A DNA stretch of 64,000 bases, from contig DVOE01000010.1 in NCBI GenBank assembly GCA_018713795.1, forward strand, positions 4,014 to 68,013. The letters run 5' to 3'. This document shows positions 36,901 to 42,900 of the stretch, one piece after another. The translations under genes were made by a program, and so were the position numbers. Under the pieces are notes generated by a model that did not search any database, was not told the origin of the DNA, and saw only the letters and a list, made by a program, of their open reading frames with translations. Position 1 is the stretch's first letter; the number at the start of each line of letters is the position of its first letter. This DNA comes from Candidatus Limadaptatus stercoripullorum (GTDB lineage Bacteria > Bacillota > Clostridia > Christensenellales > CAG-917).

Positions 36901-39900
36901 ACGACCTCAGGCTCAACATCACGAGCGCGCTCGGCTATCCCGACAGCCCGTACTTCAATGTCGCGCTTGACATCTACGCCGATCTGCCCAAGCTGCTCGG
37001 CGCGCTGCTCGGCGGCGGCGACGGCGAGGCGAAGATCTCGAACGCGCTCCAGCTCGCCCTCGAGATCAGGCAGTACGAGCCTCAGGATGGCGGCGGCTAC
37101 GAGCTCGGCGAAAAGGCGCTCATCGGCGTGTATCTTGCAAATGACACGCTCTACGCCGACCTCAGCGCGCTGCTCGGCGACACCGCCAAGATCAGCATAA
37201 GCGGGCTGAACATCATCGACCTTATCATGAACTCCGCGAGCGCGGAGACTCCCGCGGAAGGGGAGACTCCCGCGGAGACCACGGCGGAAGGCTTCGCCGC
37301 GGGCATCGCGGACATCCTCGGCGCGACCAGCCATGACTACGCCTACATCGGCGCGCTGGTCAACCCGGGCTATATCTGCATCCAGCTCACCATGGCTGCC
37401 GTGGAAGCCATCCTCGGCAAGGTCTCCGAGAACATGCCCGAGGCGGGTCTGCCCGACGAGCTGCTCGATCTCGGCGACATCATCCTCGAGTCTTACGGCT
37501 CCCGCAAGGACGGCGACATGCTGTCCATCGGCATCAAGCTGACCGACGGCTTCGCGGCGCAGCTCGCGATCGAGGGGCTGTATCTCGGCACCGAGTCCCT
37601 GACGGACACGCTGCCTGTCTTTGACGGATACCTCAATGTGTTCGACATCGGCAGCGGCGAACTCGGCGAGACGCTGACCATAGGCGCAAAGGCGCAGATC
37701 GCGCTCAGCATGACCTCCACGGGTCTCAGCCGCGACGATCAGAGCAACTTCAGCGTCATAGACACGGCGGCGGAAGCCAAGGAGTACGGCGGCAAGCTGT
37801 ACACTTCGGCGAGCACCACGGCGCTGTGGGCGAATTGGGACGCGGCGGACAAGGACGCGCTCATCGACGAGTACTACAAGACCGGAAGGCTTTACAAGAG
37901 CATTTACGACACCTCTCTCGCGGGCTGGGCGGTGGATCTCATCATGGGTCTGCTCGGACCTTCGCTCGAAGAGATTCTGGGACCCGTCAGCTCCGAGATC
38001 GTCAATGTCACCTTCGCGAACGAGGACCTCAACCTCGTCATCGACCTGACCGCCGACCTCAACATAGCCGCGATCATGAAGTTCGGCATCGCCGGCATCC
38101 TTTACAGCGACCTAGTCCTGGATGTCCGCCTGTCCGACTTCAACCGCAGCCTGCTCAAGGCGTACTATCTCGGCTCGTCGAGGCTGAGCAAGAGCGACAA
38201 CTACTACACTCTTGGCATGGACGCCTCGGGCGCGTTCGCGGATTCCATCTATGTCGACCTCAGCGGCCTCGGCTTCGGCACGATCAAGCTGTCCGGCATA
38301 ACGGGTCTGCTCGGCGGCACGACGGGCGGCATCTATGATGTCATGCCGGAAGGCGCCTCGGCAGCGGACGAGACCTCGGAAGGCGCCGAAGGCACCGAAG
38401 GCACGACCGAAGGCACCGAAGGCGGGCTCAACATCAGCGGCCTCAGCCTCACCATCAACCTCTCCAACGACGCCGTCGGCATCAAACTCGAAGAGAGCGT
38501 CATCGAATTCCTCTTCGGCATGATCGGCGGCGAGATCGCGGGCTACATCCCCGACATCCAGTCGCTCGGCCTCCAGCTCAACTTCGGCGACACGGGCATC
38601 CAATCCCTCGCCGTCGACGCGGTCCTCGACGAAGCGGGCACGGGCTTGCAGCTCTCGATAGACAACATCGAACTCGGACTCGGCGGTCTCATCTCCGACG
38701 CCGAGATCGAGGAAATGATCAAAGAAGTCAGCGAAGGCTACGGCGGGCTCGCCATGTCCAATACGGCGGGCATCATGACCATGCTGCAGAACATAATCGA
38801 CACCGCGGCTGTCAACCTCAACATCGACATCGACAAGAGAGGTCAGTACTTCGCGACCAACGGTTATAACTCGGTCGGCAGCAGGAATGAGCTCGGTCAG
38901 CTCACGCTTTACAGCAGCCGTATGAACGCGACCATGGACGCGGGCGGCTGGCTCGGAGACAACTACTGGAACGGTGCGCGTCGTCTGCTCCTCAACCTCA
39001 ATGTCGCGAGCACTCACAGCGGCAGCCGCTCGATAGATGTCTGGTTCGGCACCAACGATCAGTGGGCGCAGAACAATGTCTACATCACCGGTCTCGGCTC
39101 GCTGCTCGAGGGCGGCGCCTTGGGACCTCTGCTCACATGGGTCGCCGAGAACCTCGGTGTCATCAATCTCGCGGGTCTCCTCGGAAAACCGCTCATACCC
39201 CCGCTCGCGGGACAGGGCGCGGACACCGGCGTGTGGACGGAGCCCGAGGGCTCTTCCGCGGCTGAGACTGCCTCCGCTGCCGAAGAGAGCGGCGCGGAAG
39301 CCACCACCTCCGCGGTGACCGCCGACACCACCGGCGGGACCTACGGCGGCAATCAGGGGAGCTTCCACGCCTATGCCGGCAACGACATCACCGCCGCGCT
39401 CAAAGGCATAATCGAGAAGCTGGAACTCAACCTCTTCACGGACAGCGGCTACATGCCGTACATAGCGGGCGGCACCGCTCCCGGCGCGGGCACCGATCCC
39501 ACGCAGTTCATCTCCATCAAGGTTACGCTGGACAAAGTGGCGTACAACGAGCTGCTCATCTATCTCTACACCATGATCCTCGGCTTGCTGCAAGGCACGG
39601 GCACCGAGGGCGGCGCGGTGGACAGCGGCTCCGGCGTCGACTGGGGCGGTCCCAGCGACGATAACGCTTGGTACTTCGTTGACGGCACCGACATCCAGGA
39701 CAACGCGCTGAAGCGCCATGCGGCAGCCGACGGTAGGCACAACGACCGCATGTACATCATCTCCAACCTGTTCAGGGAACTGGAGGCGATACAGGCAAAG
39801 GGCTACACCACCGAGGCGGGGCGCAAGGCGCTCGTGCAGGAGCAGATCAATGTGCTCGAGCCCTATGTCCGCTCCATGCCCTTCGCGCTCGCGCAGTGGC

Positions 39901-42900
39901 TGATCTTCAACATGTTGTGGAACACCCTCAGCGGCTTTAGCTTCGCGCTCGGTGCGCTGGATACGCTGTTCAACAACCTCGGCTATGTCATAGGCGACCT
40001 GCTGCCTCCGTTCGCGGATATGAACGACAGCGTGGCTTCGCCTTCGCTCAACATCTACATCGACCTGAATCCTCAGGGCAGCATGTACGGCGTGGGCAAC
40101 AAGGTCGTGGCTGCGGGCATCCAGGCGCTCGAGCTCATGGTCAACTGCACCAAGAACGAGGGTGACTACGGCGAGACCGTGCGCGCCTCCGCAAGCAGCG
40201 GCGCGTCGTCCGTCGCGAACATCACCGACGCCTATGTGCTCGCCATCAATCCGCGCAACCTCAAGAACGGCACCGAGACCTCTCTGCAGGGACAGGGGCT
40301 GCTCAGTCTCGCGGAAGTCGAAGCCACCGCGATAAGCGCGCCCGCGAGCATACTCGTCAGCGATCCCGGCAAGCGCACCGCGACGATCATGAGCGGCGCC
40401 GACGGCACGGGTGAGCAGCGGGGGAGCGGCGTGCTCAACAGCACTCTGTTCACCGAGAGCAACGGCTTTGCCGTCACCGCGGATGTGACGGTCATCAACG
40501 ACACCGGCTACCGTGCGCCCAATGTCGGCGCGAACGGCATAGAGAGCTGGGGCACTACGAGCACGCGTGCGACGCAGCGCGTCGACATCGTCTGGGACGC
40601 CTCTTCCGTCGATCTCGTGGCGGCGACCAAAGCCACCGCGAATGATAACGGACTGCGTCTTGCGGGTCATGTCTACGGCTACGCGCTCAACGAAGTCGTG
40701 GCGATCGTGCCCGTCTATCTGACCAACGATTACGCCGTGTCCACCGTTCAGGCTTATGTCAACTACGACGATCCGGACGGCGCAAGGAGCACGCAGGAGC
40801 TCACTCTCGACGCGTCGAGGGCGAACGCCACCTCGCTGCCCGACATCATCAGCGTCACTTTCGAGAACGACGTGAGCTATCTCTTCGGCGAGGCGCTGAA
40901 GGACCCCGTGTCCGGCGAAAGCTATCAGGCGATCAGGCCCTCGGCGAACGGTCCGTTCAAACTTGACGGAGCGAGCTACGAGGGCGTGACGGTCACGGAT
41001 GAGGAGACCGGCGAGTCCACCACCACTCCGACCCTCTATCCCGCCTACAAGGCGCATCTCGTCGAGGTGGCGGACGGCACCGCGGGCGCGGTGGAAGTGG
41101 ACGGCAAGTTCTACAAGAGCGTGACCTACGAGAACGCCACTTATCTCGTCATCCGTGACGGGGTGACGCGCGGGTTCCCCGTGGGCGAGTTCTCGTGGGA
41201 CGACACCTCCTTCGGCTGGGACGGCGGCGTGCAGCAGGTGGAATTCTCCTTCAGCTGGGGCTACGCCACCGAGACCACCTTCACGGCGGATATCACCGTC
41301 GTCGAAAACCGCGTGACTTCGGTCACGGCGGCGGCGCTCGGCGACTACGCGTCCTTCGTCGAGAACACGGACGGCGCGACCGTCATCGCGCTCGACCTCG
41401 ACGCGCTGCTTACGGGGCGTGAGGTCAGCGAGTATAAGCAGATCATCCTCGACTTCGTCGGCGGGCTGAATTCGGTCACCGCGCGCCTTGGCGTGGACGG
41501 CGAAGCGCAGCTTGCGGCGAAGTGGGATGTCACCGCTCTCGAGGCGGCGATAGACGCGCTCGCGGTCAAGGACGCGAACGGCAATGTCACGAGCTACAAC
41601 TTCTATCTCGGCATCACGGCGGGGGTGACGGCTTGGCTCGGCGGCAGCGAGGCGACGGGCACGAGCGGCAGGGAGTTCTATGCCTCCGGCGTGTTCAACG
41701 GCGAGGGCAGCACGGATGAGCGGTACGCCGACAAAGGCTTCATCGCTCAGGCGCATCCCGTCACCGTGCTCGTTTACAGCAATGTCGTCTCCGAGGTCTC
41801 GTCCGATCTCACCTTCGATCCGTATGCGGCGGCGTCCGTCACCATGGATCCCGACGACTTCCTCGGAAAGTCCGTCAGCGTCGAGCTCTCGGACGGCACC
41901 GTGAGGTCGCTCGACATAGAGAAGGAGGAGAGCAGCGACGCGCTGACGCCCGTCGGCATCTATGTCATGAACGGCTCGCTCATGCCCGTGTGGGACGGCA
42001 AGGGTGAGGAGCCCGCAGCCTATGTCACTTCGAAGCAGCTCATGCGTGAGATCAGCTTCGAGGGCTACTCCGGCGTGTACGGCGACATCTTCCTCAGGGT
42101 CAGCATAGGCACCGACATCGTCGTCAAGCAGACCGTCGATCTGCCCGTGACCGTTTTGGCGGCTGCGGCGAACGACAACCGCTACGACATCAGGAGCTCG
42201 GGCAGGAGCTACGCACGCGACTTCCTCGGCAACTTCGTGCACAAAGAGAAAGGGGCGGCGGAAGGCTCCTGGACTGCGGGCGGCGAAATGTTCGACGATC
42301 TGCAGTATCAGAACAACAATTACTACAACATCGAAGTCATGTGGGACAGCGCGCTGTTCTACACGAACACGAGCTACAAGGACGAGGTCAAACTTGCGGA
42401 TCTCGCGGCGGGCAAAGACTATTACGCGATCGTGCCCGTCGTGAGGAATGAGGGTGGCACCGAGTTCGCGACTCAGTACGAGCGTGACGAGAAAGGCAAC
42501 ATCCTCTACTACGACAAGGACGGCAACCTCGTCGCGGCGGACAAGGGCAACCCGAGCCCCGTCTATCAGACGGTGAAACTCTGGTTCACCCTCGATGGGA
42601 CCGGCGTCTACCCCGAAGAGGACAGCATCATCCGCGTGACGAGCGGAGAGTTCGACGCGGGCTTCGCCTTCAAGGACAAGAACACTCTGCCCGATGAGTC
42701 GCTTGTCGACTGGATCATCGCGAACAAGAACGGCGGGAACTTCGAGTTCACCTTCAAGGACGGCACCGACTCCGATGTCACCGTCTCTGCCAATATCGCG
42801 AATATCAAGCTCGGCGACTACGAAGGCAGGAAGAACACCTCCGTCAAGGTTGTCGCGGGCGAGGGCGGCTACGACAATACCGTCACCTACACCTTCACCG

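Noticed and set aside
28335-37334. 2,999-aa ORF on the minus strand inside the giant gene
   Set aside because: It lies in the codon-aligned antisense frame of the giant ORF. Antisense stops (TAA/TAG/TGA) arise only where the sense strand uses TTA/CTA/TCA, which this GC-biased genome almost never uses. The ORF ends exactly at a sense CTA codon (28335-28337). Its translation is Arg/Ala/Val/Glu/Asp-rich low-information sequence with no start context. It is an artefact of codon bias.
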